From: Candidatus Latescibacterota bacterium
GTDB taxonomy: Bacteria > Latescibacterota > UBA2968
Length of the DNA: 64,000 nt
Assembly (NCBI GenBank): GCA_965204375.1
Contig: OZ241986.1
Location: 1,440,001-1,504,000, forward strand
Reading direction: 5' to 3'
Shown: positions 37,177 through 46,528 of the stretch, piece by piece
Layout of the letters: each line of letters opens with the position of its first letter
How positions within the stretch are numbered: position 1 is the first letter of the stretch
The notes under the pieces: generated by a model
What the model saw: the letters and a program-made list of their open reading frames with translations, nothing else
Database searches by the model: none
What the model was told of the DNA's origin: nothing
Position numbers and translations under genes: made by a program

Positions 37177-38724
37177 TTGCAAACACATGAAGGATTACAT
37201 AATAGGGAGTATCGCAAGCTATTCGGTTTAGATATTTACCTGACACCAGTGTTTGTGATTTCCGGTATTACCATTATTGCATTTGTCACTGGCGCACTTG
37301 TTTTTCAGGAAGCCGCGACGGAAGGGTTCAAAAATATCCGTGAGTGGCTCACTGGGAATCTCGATTGGTTTTTTCTCATTGCTGCCAATCTCGTCGTGCT
37401 CTTTTGTTTTTATGTGGCACTATCGCCCCTTGGAAAGGTGCGTCTGGGGGGCGCGAATGCAAAGCCAGAATACACCTATTTAACCTGGCTTGCCATGCTC
37501 TTTGCGGCTGGCGTGGGCATAGGTCTGCTGTTTTTCGGGGTGGCGGAACCGGTGTACTACTTTAAGGAGCCACCACTCGGTATTACGCCCAGAACAGAGG
37601 AGGCCGTTGCTGTCGGCATAGCGGCGACGGTTTTCCACTGGGGGCTGCACGGTTGGGCGATCTATGGCGTCGTTGGACTCGCTCTGGGATACTTTGCGTA
37701 CAATCGGGGGTTGCCTCTCACGATTCGCTCGGCGTTCTATCCCTTATTTGGCGACCGCGTCTGGGGTTGGCCCGGACACATTATCGATACCTTCGCGATA
37801 TTTGCAGGATTGTTTGGGCTTGCGACCTCCCTCGGCCTGGGGGTTCAGCAAGTGACGTCCGGATTAAACTATCTGTTTGATATTCCAGCGAGTAACACCA
37901 CTATGGTGGTGCTGATTGTTGGAATCACTTCCATCGCGCTTATCTCAGTGGTGACGGGTATTAATGTCGGTATTAAGCGTTTGAGCCAATTCAATATCAT
38001 TCTCGCGTTTTTGCTGCTGTTGGCTGTGATATCGCTCGGTCCAACGCTATACATTTTTCGCAGTATTTTCGCTGGCTTTGGTAGTTATTTCGCCCAGATT
38101 GTACCGCTCAGCAATTGGATTGGGAGAGAGGATGTCGCCTTCGTGCGAGACTGGACGACTTTCTACTGGGCGTGGTGGTTTGCCTGGGCACCGTTTGTCG
38201 GCACATTCATCGCTCGCATTTCAAAGGGGCGCACAGTGCGCGAATTTGTCGTTTTTGTGCTCCTGTTGCCAATGCTTTTATGCCTGCTGTGGTTCGGTAC
38301 TTTTAGCGGTACGGCGTTTTATCAGCATATTGTTGAGGGCTATACCGGTGTAACCGAAAATGTCGAGGCGTGGAAGCTCGAAATAGCATTGTTCAAAATG
38401 TTTGATAAGTTGCCGATGGCGACACTGCTTTCATCTGTGGCGATGCTGCTGACCGTCGTGTTTTTCGTTACTTCTTCGGATTCAGGATCGCTGATTATTG
38501 ACACGATTGCAGCCGGTGGCAGGATTGACGCGCCAGTTGCACAACGCGTTTTCTGGTGTACGATTGAAGGATTGGTCGCCATAGCACTCCTGCTCGGCGG
38601 AGGCTTGAGTGCGTTGCAGGCTGCCTCGCTCGTAACCGGCTTTCCGTTCGCTATAGTGCTATTGGGAATGGCTGTTTGCGTGTGGATGGGGCTTCGCGGG
38701 GAAGTGCGCGAATCGCGTGGATGA
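37177..38724 (+). CDS. BCCT family (betaine/carnitine/choline) transporter
   Basis: WLAMLFAAGVGIGL, FHWGLHGWAIY, WTTFYWAWW.AWAPFVG.FIARIS.GRT.REF, FFVTSSDS. Confidence 0.95.
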   Translation: MQTHEGLHNREYRKLFGLDIYLTPVFVISGITIIAFVTGALVFQEAATEGFKNIREWLTGNLDWFFLIAANLVVLFCFYVALSPLGKVRLGGANAKPEYTYLTWLAMLFAAGVGIGLLFFGVAEPVYYFKEPPLGITPRTEEAVAVGIAATVFHWGLHGWAIYGVVGLALGYFAYNRGLPLTIRSAFYPLFGDRVWGWPGHIIDTFAIFAGLFGLATSLGLGVQQVTSGLNYLFDIPASNTTMVVLIVGITSIALISVVTGINVGIKRLSQFNIILAFLLLLAVISLGPTLYIFRSIFAGFGSYFAQIVPLSNWIGREDVAFVRDWTTFYWAWWFAWAPFVGTFIARISKGRTVREFVVFVLLLPMLLCLLWFGTFSGTAFYQHIVEGYTGVTENVEAWKLEIALFKMFDKLPMATLLSSVAMLLTVVFFVTSSDSGSLIIDTIAAGGRIDAPVAQRVFWCTIEGLVAIALLLGGGLSALQAASLVTGFPFAIVLLGMAVCVWMGLRGEVRESRG

Positions 38725-38756
38725 GAGGATTAAGCATCTCAACATTTTTAAAGAAT

Positions 38757-38806
38757 TTGACATTGAGAGAATTCCAACATATTTTTTGTGAATGTAAACG
38801 TTATAT
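38757..38806 (+). promoter_or_regulatory. Candidate promoter with LacI-like operator upstream of the TonB receptor
   Basis: TTGACA-17-TATTTT, followed at the expected +1 by the imperfect palindrome ATGTAAACGTTATAT. Confidence 0.4.
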
Positions 38807-38892
38807 ATCAGCATCTAACCTGGTAAGTCTCTAACTCCGCAAACTATCCGAAGTATTGCGGTACGGTTGAAACAATAAAAAGGGGAGGACCT

Positions 38893-41800
38893 ATGGCATT
38901 CTTGAGCAGGTTTATTTCGATTCTGGCATGTGCATTATTGCTTTCTGGCGTGGTCCAGGCGCAATCTGTTGGAACTGTTACTGGCACAGTGACCGATGCT
39001 GCAAGCGGCGAGAAATTGGAGGCGGTACAGGTCCATATTCCGGCCCTGAAACTGGGTGTAGTGTCGGACGAGCAAGGCCGCTTTACTATCCCAAATGTTC
39101 CTTCTGGCGCGCACGAACTGAGAGCCGATCTGATCGGTTATTCGAGCGCGACATCGGTTATTACTGTGACGGCAGGAGAGACAGTGACGGTTGCGCTGCT
39201 GATGAATCCCTCCGCGCTGTACCTGGATGAAGTGGTGGTGACGGGTACGGCGTTTAAGGAGGCGCCCATCAGTATGACGTATGCGGTCGCTGTAGTTGGA
39301 CGAGAAAAGATGGCAGAACAGGGGTCTCCACAGGCGGTTGATTTTTTTAAGAATCTGGGGGCGAGCCACGGCGTGATCGGCGAGCGAAGCAGTTGGTACA
39401 ATGCGAGTCAGGCTGGTACCCTTACGGAGAGCATTGCCAATGTGAACCTGCGCGGACTGGGGGCTTCGCGGACGCTGGTGTTGATCAATAGCCGCCGACA
39501 GACCTATGTCCCGGCGCGCTTGATCGGTGGGCGCTTTGTCGATGTCAATGTTATTCCCTCTATCGCCATTGACCGGATCGAAGTACTCAAGGAGGGGGCC
39601 TCGGCCATCTATGGATCGGATGCAGTGGCTGGCGTTGCCAATTTTTTGACCCGATCTGATTTCGAGGGTTTTGAAGTCTCAGGCGCGCACGAGTATTTCG
39701 AAGGCGCTGGCGATACAAATATAGGCGCGATATGGGGTAAAAAACTCGACGATGGAACTCATGCGGTTATTTCTGCGGAATGGATGGGACGCCAAGCGTT
39801 ACCGGTCTCGGAGAGGGACTACCTGTTGCAGCCGTGGCACGGTGGCGGGCAACGCCTCGGATGGTCGAGTTTGGGGAATCCCGGCACCTTTGCCATTGGT
39901 GCGCCAGCTCCGTGGACCGCTGCCATCCACGCTCCCCGATGTGAGGAATTTGGCGGTTTCCGGGAATCCTGGACATGCCGTTTCCGCTATCAGCAGTATG
40001 AGAATCTGGTCGAAAAAATGAGCCATATCCGTGTTTTTGCTGAGCTCAATGGTTCTCTGGACAATGGTACGGATTATCACGTGGAGTACCTGTGGGCCGA
40101 GGCCGAGATTCCCAATTGGTACACGACGCCTTCGTATCCGCCGTTCCCACTGACGGATACGAGCATTATGGAAGTCGCGCCCGACCACCCGGGGCGGCAA
40201 GCATTTTGCGAGGATTACGGTGCAAATCCCGGCGATCTGTATTACGACGCCTGTCGGGGCGGCGAGAACTGGTATTTCAATGGGCGGCCCTTTGGAAACT
40301 CTGGTCCCGGACGTATTTTGAGCCGTCAATCGAATACTTTGCGCATGGCGGCTTCGGCAAATGGCGATTTTAAGGCGTTCGGCGGTCGAGATGCCCATTT
40401 TGACCTGGGTCTCTCTTATTCGCGCACTGCGGGCAATTACAATTTGCCGGGGGTGTACATTGAGCGGTTATTCCTCGGCTTCCGCGGTTTTGGGGGACCA
40501 AATTGCGGTGTTGGTGTGGTGGCAGATCCGACGTCTCTGGCAGGGATGCGACTCGGACGGATCTACGACCAGGTAGCAGGGCAGGGCAACTGCGAGTATT
40601 ACAACCCCTTCGGCAATGCCATAGAGTTCACGGATCAACATGGCTCGAATTTTGAGAACTCGCCGAATCCCGGTTATCGCCCCGATCTTGCGAATAGTCC
40701 CGAATTGCGGGAGTGGCTCGCCAATCAGGAAGTTGATCTACAAAGTACTTCAGATATGCTGGTCGCCGATGCGACGCTGACGGGAACATGGACAGAGAAC
40801 GTCTGGCTCAATGCGAGTTATGCCGCCGGATATCAGTTTCGCAAGCTCAGTGCTACTGGCGATCCAAACGATCCGGGTGATGTGACCATCAATCCATGTC
40901 CGGTTCCGGGAGATAAGGGTTGCTCAGAGGAAGATAAGTTTGGTCCCTATGCGTTCACGAATGTGAATCGGCCGTACTCCGAAGACCAGACAGTACACCG
41001 CTTTTTTGGTGAAATTCCCCTGAGTATGGGAGAGCGCGTTGATGTGCAACTCGCCGCGAACTACGAGTTCCACGATGTGGCGAGCAGTTTTGATCCCAAG
41101 TTCGGCTGGCGCGTGCAGCTTTCGCAATCCCCAGCCCATTCCCTGTTTATGCGCGGCTCAGTGCAGACGACATTTCGCACGCCATCACTGGACGATGTAA
41201 ATGAAAGTCCGTTATCGACACTCGAGTGGATTAACCAGACGGGGGCGTACCAGACAGTCGATAGAATCGGGAGCAAGGACCTCAAACCCGAACAGGCATT
41301 TACCTATAATGCGGGTCTCGCGCTGGTGACAGAGGCTGGATTTGAAGCAACTTTCGACTATTGGAGTTACGATTTCAGCGATGTCATCGGTGCTATGCCA
41401 CACGGGAGAATTACCGACTTATATGCCGAAGAAGCCAATAAGAATGCCCTGAAGCAATTCATTGTCTGTCCGGATGGGGTAGGCACGGGCACATGCGCGG
41501 CCTCAGAACTCGAGCGGGTGAGAGTTGATATCGTCAACTGGCCCGGGGTCAAGACTTCGGGTATCGATGTGCATCTGGGCACGCGGATGCCAGCGGGTAC
41601 AGGGCAATTCGCGGCCAGTCTGGATGGCACTTATACGCTGTCGTATGAGACAAAGGCTCTGATGCATGGCAATTTGATACTTCAGGATGCGGCAGACGCC
41701 GCGGGGTACCTGAATTTTGGCAATCCCATTGCGACTTCGCTTCCCAAGTTGAAAGGGCGGGTATCGGCGGGCTATCACTGGAAGACTTATAGTTTGGTGA

Positions 41801-42081
41801 GTTATGTGAATTATATTTCGTCTTATGAGGACCGGGGGTCAATGGGGTCCGATAATGATACTATTAGAAACTTATTCGGTACTATTGACTCGTTTGTCAC
41901 ATGGGACGTGAGTTTCCTATGGAATGTGTCCAGGGGGGTGAACATCGCCTTCTCCGGAATGAATCTGCTTGGTACCAGACCACCACTGGTGAATATCGAG
42001 CAAGCCTACGATGGTTTCACGCACGATCCCAAAGAGCGGCGGTTGAAGCTGGGCCTTACATATCAATTCGAGAGTTTCTAA
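38893..42081 (+). CDS. TonB-dependent receptor with N-terminal carboxypeptidase-regulatory-like domain
   Basis: Signal peptide, LDEVVVTG, NLRGLGASRTLVLIN, IDRIEVLKEGASAIYGSDAVAGV.NF, C-terminal LGLTYQF. Confidence 0.93.
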   Translation: MAFLSRFISILACALLLSGVVQAQSVGTVTGTVTDAASGEKLEAVQVHIPALKLGVVSDEQGRFTIPNVPSGAHELRADLIGYSSATSVITVTAGETVTVALLMNPSALYLDEVVVTGTAFKEAPISMTYAVAVVGREKMAEQGSPQAVDFFKNLGASHGVIGERSSWYNASQAGTLTESIANVNLRGLGASRTLVLINSRRQTYVPARLIGGRFVDVNVIPSIAIDRIEVLKEGASAIYGSDAVAGVANFLTRSDFEGFEVSGAHEYFEGAGDTNIGAIWGKKLDDGTHAVISAEWMGRQALPVSERDYLLQPWHGGGQRLGWSSLGNPGTFAIGAPAPWTAAIHAPRCEEFGGFRESWTCRFRYQQYENLVEKMSHIRVFAELNGSLDNGTDYHVEYLWAEAEIPNWYTTPSYPPFPLTDTSIMEVAPDHPGRQAFCEDYGANPGDLYYDACRGGENWYFNGRPFGNSGPGRILSRQSNTLRMAASANGDFKAFGGRDAHFDLGLSYSRTAGNYNLPGVYIERLFLGFRGFGGPNCGVGVVADPTSLAGMRLGRIYDQVAGQGNCEYYNPFGNAIEFTDQHGSNFENSPNPGYRPDLANSPELREWLANQEVDLQSTSDMLVADATLTGTWTENVWLNASYAAGYQFRKLSATGDPNDPGDVTINPCPVPGDKGCSEEDKFGPYAFTNVNRPYSEDQTVHRFFGEIPLSMGERVDVQLAANYEFHDVASSFDPKFGWRVQLSQSPAHSLFMRGSVQTTFRTPSLDDVNESPLSTLEWINQTGAYQTVDRIGSKDLKPEQAFTYNAGLALVTEAGFEATFDYWSYDFSDVIGAMPHGRITDLYAEEANKNALKQFIVCPDGVGTGTCAASELERVRVDIVNWPGVKTSGIDVHLGTRMPAGTGQFAASLDGTYTLSYETKALMHGNLILQDAADAAGYLNFGNPIATSLPKLKGRVSAGYHWKTYSLVSYVNYISSYEDRGSMGSDNDTIRNLFGTIDSFVTWDVSFLWNVSRGVNIAFSGMNLLGTRPPLVNIEQAYDGFTHDPKERRLKLGLTYQFESF

Positions 42082-42089
42082 TACAAAAA

Positions 42090-42830
42090 ATGTCTGAGCA
42101 CGATCCTTTTGAGCTGAGAAAATACTACCGTTATTTGCGGGTTGTCGATGTGGTAGATGCCATGGATGGGGTTGGGTATTTCAATACGGGATTGGTGGAT
42201 TCCGATATTCGCCCCTTGTGGCAAGGGATGAAGTTCTGGGGCGTGGCATTTACCGTGCGCTGTGTGCCCGCAAATCGCCCGATGTGGAAATTGGATACGA
42301 CCGAAGAGATTGTGAAGGCTCACGGCGCGTGGTTCAGCGAGGTGGGCAATCTGAGTTATCGCGATGAGATCCGAGAAGGACATGTCGTGGTTACGGATAC
42401 GGGGGGAAGCGGTGAGGTTGGCATGTGGGGGTCTGCAAATAGTCTTGGTTTGATTGCCAAAGGCGCTGTTGGGATTGTGACGGATGGCTATTGCCGAGAT
42501 ACTGGGGAGTTGATTTTGCAGAAAACCCCAATTTGTTCGCGAGCGAGAGGTCGAACGATTATTCCTGGTCGGATTATGGCGGTTGAAGCACAGGTTCCAG
42601 TGGGGTGCGGCTGTGTTCAGGTGCGGCCCGGCGATATGGTGGGATGCGATGACGACGGCGTTGTTGTGGTGCCCAGTGAAATTGCACCCGAAGTGGCTAC
42701 TCACGCCCGCGCGATTTTAATTGCGGATATGAAATCGCGCAAAAGGCATTATGAGACCCTGGGTATGCCTGTGGATGAGACGGTCGATTGGGAATCTGTG
42801 GAAGCGTATTACAAGGGTCTCGATATCTAA
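42090..42830 (+). CDS. RraA/HMG aldolase family protein
   Basis: DVVDAMD, GVAFTVR, WGSAN, VTDGYCRD, VRPGDMVGCDDDGVVVVP. Confidence 0.85.
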   Translation: MSEHDPFELRKYYRYLRVVDVVDAMDGVGYFNTGLVDSDIRPLWQGMKFWGVAFTVRCVPANRPMWKLDTTEEIVKAHGAWFSEVGNLSYRDEIREGHVVVTDTGGSGEVGMWGSANSLGLIAKGAVGIVTDGYCRDTGELILQKTPICSRARGRTIIPGRIMAVEAQVPVGCGCVQVRPGDMVGCDDDGVVVVPSEIAPEVATHARAILIADMKSRKRHYETLGMPVDETVDWESVEAYYKGLDI

Positions 42831-42854
42831 GCGCATCCTCTCAGGTACAATACA

Positions 42855-42921
42855 AAAGCCCGTCAAGTTGTAATGAACAGGTCTGTCAAGCGACCTGTTT
42901 TACACTTGGCGGGCTTTTTTT
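42855..42921. terminator. Long imperfect hairpin, bidirectional terminator
   Basis: AAAAGCCCGTCAAG..TGTAA..AACAGGTC/GACCTGTT..TTACA..CTTGGCGGGCTTTT. Confidence 0.7.
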
Positions 42922-42950
42922 CAAATACAACTTCGACAGAAATTTACCCT

Positions 42951-43030
42951 AATCCGCCTTCATCTGCGTTCATCTGCGGACCGCCTTTCATCCTGTTTAT
43001 CCTCTAATCCTGCAAATCCTGATTCAGACA
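42951..43030 (-). repeat. Periodic short repeat array (ATCYG x3 at 10 nt; ATCCT x4 at 8-9 nt on +)
   Basis: ATCYG at 42952/42962/42972 and ATCCT at 42990/42999/43007/43016. Abuts the stop codon of the minus-strand enolase gene. Confidence 0.75.
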
Positions 43031-44271
43031 GTTTTTCGCACGGCCGACTTTTTCGATTCGCTGTACAATTTGTCAAATGCTTCTGTGCCGTCGTCTTCAA
43101 TGACATCGAGTGATGAGTCGGGTTCTGATATGGGCTGGGAATCGCTGGGATAGACGTGGTGCATGTCCTGCTTTGTGCAGGCATAATAGGCAACTTCACC
43201 GCTTTTGCGGCGGTACGCGTACAGGTGGCGAGGAGGATCGACCCAGGTGTAGTCTGCGGCGTATTGTTCCAATGCGGCGGGATCAATTTCTACGCCGAGG
43301 CCCGGGGTTTCGGTGACGCGGTAAAAGCCGCCTCGAATTTCAATTGCGGGTTTTACGAGTTGATGCTCCCAGATGTTCATACACGTAATGGCCGGCCATT
43401 TGGCCTGGGGGAGGACCGCCCCCAAATGCGCTGCCCAGGCTGTTGTGATGCCCGAGCCGACGAGTTGCAGCCAGAAGGGCTTGTTCCATTGCTCGCATAC
43501 GGATGCTTGTTTGAGGAGGCGCGAGGCACCTGCACAGATGACAAAACCATCGGTGACATCTTCTTTCATAGTCGTTTCAATGGGCGGGTTGTTGTAGTGC
43601 ATGGCAATGGGCCGCGCGATCAGATTTCTGATTTGCTTGTTGCCCGCCACGTCGTTTTGTGGAATCGGCGTTTCGATCATCGCCACTTCGGGATAGGCTT
43701 CCAATTCTCGCAGGTGCGGGATTGCATTGGCGGAATTGGCGAGGGTGCCGTTGTAGTCGAGGTCGAGGTGAAAGCCAGGTGGTACTACTTTTTGGACGGC
43801 TTGAATAGCCGCGTGCAGGTCAAACCAGGGACGGGCTTTTAGTTTTGAGCTGGTATATCCCGCCTGGGCGGCTTGCCGACACTCTTCTGCCCATCCTTCG
43901 GGTGGCATGTCCATATTCCACCAGGATATCGGACACCAGTCGCGCACTTTTGTGCCCAGCAGACGGTATATGGGAACACCCTGCGCTTTTGCTATGGCAT
44001 CAAATAGAGCCATCTGAACGCCAGCACCGAGGCTGTCATCCCACATCAATTCCGCAGCGGGTCTGCCGACGATTCTGTCTTCAATATCGCCCGGTACTTT
44101 AGCCCAGGTGTAGTTGGGAATGGTTTCTCCCCATCCCTCAATGCCATTTTCGAGTGTGATATGGCAAACCTGGTGTATCCGCCAGTGGGGAAGCCAGTAG
44201 CCGAGGTGTTTCTGGCTGTGTGGCGTGAAGGGGACGTCGAGATTGATGAGTTCAATGGCTTTGATTTTCAT
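43024..44271 (-). CDS. Mandelate racemase/muconate lactonizing enzyme (enolase superfamily)
   Basis: GWGET, MALFDAIAKAQGVPIYRLLG, KLKAR, LDYN, IETP. Start MKIKAIE with GGAGG RBS. Confidence 0.85.
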   Translation of the reverse strand: MKIKAIELINLDVPFTPHSQKHLGYWLPHWRIHQVCHITLENGIEGWGETIPNYTWAKVPGDIEDRIVGRPAAELMWDDSLGAGVQMALFDAIAKAQGVPIYRLLGTKVRDWCPISWWNMDMPPEGWAEECRQAAQAGYTSSKLKARPWFDLHAAIQAVQKVVPPGFHLDLDYNGTLANSANAIPHLRELEAYPEVAMIETPIPQNDVAGNKQIRNLIARPIAMHYNNPPIETTMKEDVTDGFVICAGASRLLKQASVCEQWNKPFWLQLVGSGITTAWAAHLGAVLPQAKWPAITCMNIWEHQLVKPAIEIRGGFYRVTETPGLGVEIDPAALEQYAADYTWVDPPRHLYAYRRKSGEVAYYACTKQDMHHVYPSDSQPISEPDSSLDVIEDDGTEAFDKLYSESKKSAVRKTV

Positions 44272-44304
44272 ATTTACCTCCAGAAAAGTTGACGTATGCA
44301 GCGC

Positions 44305-44333
44305 ACGATATGACACATAGTAGCCGATGTCAA
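44305..44333 (-). promoter_or_regulatory. Candidate sigma70 promoter
   Basis: Minus strand TTGACA-17-TATCGT. Confidence 0.5.
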
Positions 44334-44426
44334 GCACAACGGAAGAAAGAAAAGGTGCGTAGTAAAAAAATTGGTTTTATATTGGGTAGGATCTTATTAC
44401 ACACTAACAATTCAAGGAGGCGATGT

Positions 44427-45416
44427 ATGGCAGTGCAGTGTATTCACCTGGGTGTTGGCGGCAGAGGAAAGTGGCCGGTTGCTATGTTTGCCGAGCGAGA
44501 TGATGTGGAGAGTGTGGCATTTGTCGATGTTCACGAAGGCAATATGAATGCCGCTATGGAAGTGTCGGGATTGCCCGAATCGAGATGTTTTAGAACGCTT
44601 GAACAAGCCATGAACAATGTGGAATCGGATTGTGTGATCGTTATCACCCCTCCAGATTCTCACGCGGATATGATTCTGGAAGCGGTGAGAGCGGGGAAAC
44701 ACGTTCTGGTCGAAAAGCCTTTTACAAAGACCCTGGCGTCGGCAAAGCATGTTGTGGAGGAGGCCGATCGCATGGGGGTCAAGGTGGGGGTGAGCCAAAA
44801 TGCAAAATACAATGCGGCGACGATGACACTATCGCGTCACTTGCGGGAACAGACGTATGGCAAGGCGAGTTTCGGGCTTTTCTCCAAGATTGGTTGGCGT
44901 AGCAAGGGCGTGCATCATTCGGGTCACGACGACCATTCTTATTTGTGGGAGCGCGGGATTCACGATCTGGATACTATGCGATATATTATGGGCGAGTTAC
45001 CCGTGCGGATGTGGGCGCACAGTTTTAATCCGCCATGGAGTCCATATAAGGGCGGGGCGGGTGTTTCGGGATGGGTGGAGTTTGATGGGGGAGCGACTGC
45101 GACCTATTTTGCGACTTTTGAACCGCATAAATCGAGCGGCGAAACCCGGGTGGATGTGGATGAAGGTACGCTTTCCCTTGAGGGCGGTAATCTCGTTTTG
45201 ACACGCCGCAAAGCCGATCCCGAAATATTGCCTCTGGACGAGGGACCTACTTCAACAGATCTGATTGTCAATCAATTTGTCGCGTGGATAAGTGGTGGTG
45301 AAGAACCCGAGTTTTCTGGACGCAATAATCTGGTGACTGTGGCGATGGTCGAAGGGATGGGTATTTCATCAGAGTCCGGGCGGATTGTGTCGCTCAAGGA
45401 GTTTGTGAATGTGTGA
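44427..45416 (+). CDS. Gfo/Idh/MocA family oxidoreductase
   Basis: GVGGRG, TPPDSH, GKHVLVEKP, IHDLD. Confidence 0.88.
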   Translation: MAVQCIHLGVGGRGKWPVAMFAERDDVESVAFVDVHEGNMNAAMEVSGLPESRCFRTLEQAMNNVESDCVIVITPPDSHADMILEAVRAGKHVLVEKPFTKTLASAKHVVEEADRMGVKVGVSQNAKYNAATMTLSRHLREQTYGKASFGLFSKIGWRSKGVHHSGHDDHSYLWERGIHDLDTMRYIMGELPVRMWAHSFNPPWSPYKGGAGVSGWVEFDGGATATYFATFEPHKSSGETRVDVDEGTLSLEGGNLVLTRRKADPEILPLDEGPTSTDLIVNQFVAWISGGEEPEFSGRNNLVTVAMVEGMGISSESGRIVSLKEFVNV

Positions 45417-45449
45417 GCGGGATGTTGCCATCATCCGGATAAGAGATAT

Positions 45450-46514
45450 ATGAACTATATCGGAAGCAAGTATTCTCTGCGAGACTTTCTCGAAGAGGGT
45501 ATCCTGAAAAATGTAAATGCAGATTGTAAGGTTTTCTGTGATGTTTTTGCTGGTACGGGTGCTGTGGGAGTGCATTTTAAGCAGAAGAATTTCAAGATCA
45601 TTTCTAACGATATTCAGTACTATGCCTATTGCCTCAATCGCGCACTTGTAGGTATTAGTCAAGAACCCGCATTTGCTGGCGTTCTGGATGATCTGGTGCC
45701 AGCAATACAATTCTGCGACACAACTGACGCTGTATTGGAATATCTCAATAGCTTGGATGGAGATACCGGATTCATCTATCGCAATTATTGTCCGGGGGGA
45801 ACAGAGGGGACGGAGTTTAAGAGACAGTATTTCTCAGATGAGAATGGCAGGCGGTGTGATGCGATTCGAATACAGATTGAAAACTGGTGGCAGGCGGGCA
45901 AGCTGACTGAAGATGAGTATTTTTATCTTCTGGCGAGTTTGATTGATGCGGCAGACCGGGTTGCGAATACGGCGTCGGTCTATGGTGCATTTTTGAAACA
46001 TATCAAGAAGAGTGCGATGAAGCCTCTACAATTGAAGCGGCTTGGTATTGTCGAAAGCGATGAGAAGCACGAAGTACACAATGTAAATGGGCAGGCGTTG
46101 GTCGAGCGTTTGTCTTGCGATGTGCTGTATATGGATCCGCCCTATAATCACCGCCAGTACTGTGCGAATTATCATGTGCTTGAGACGATTGCGCGGTACG
46201 ATGATCCAAATTTAAAAGGCGTGACCGGGCTGCGTCCGCAGGACGATCAAAAGTCGGATTTCTGTATGAAGAGACGGGCGTTACCTGCATTTGAGAAGAT
46301 GGTTAAAAAGACTTCGGCACAGTATGTATTCCTCAGCTATAATAGCGAGGGAATTATGGGTAAGGATGAGATTTTGCAGACGATGGGTCAATACGGAGAG
46401 GTGGATTTGATGACGCGGGATTACCAGCGTTTTCGGGCGGATGTGGATCGGGAGAATCGGGTATATAAAGCTGATCAGGTGGAGGAGTATCTGTTCTGTT
46501 TGAATAAGCAGTGA
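45450..46514 (+). CDS. DNA N6-adenine methyltransferase, M.NlaIII/M.HpyI-like, orphan
   Basis: MNYIGSK, DVFAGTG, RQYFS, ANTASVYGAFLK, DPPYN.RQY..NYH, FLSYNSEG. Confidence 0.88.
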   Translation: MNYIGSKYSLRDFLEEGILKNVNADCKVFCDVFAGTGAVGVHFKQKNFKIISNDIQYYAYCLNRALVGISQEPAFAGVLDDLVPAIQFCDTTDAVLEYLNSLDGDTGFIYRNYCPGGTEGTEFKRQYFSDENGRRCDAIRIQIENWWQAGKLTEDEYFYLLASLIDAADRVANTASVYGAFLKHIKKSAMKPLQLKRLGIVESDEKHEVHNVNGQALVERLSCDVLYMDPPYNHRQYCANYHVLETIARYDDPNLKGVTGLRPQDDQKSDFCMKRRALPAFEKMVKKTSAQYVFLSYNSEGIMGKDEILQTMGQYGEVDLMTRDYQRFRADVDRENRVYKADQVEEYLFCLNKQ

Positions 46515-46528
46515 GATACGGGACGTTT

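Noticed and set aside
42960-43286. 108-aa minus-strand ORF ending in ...DKQDERRSADERR
   Set aside because: It is an alternative frame of the enolase gene running into the periodic repeat, with no independent coding evidence.
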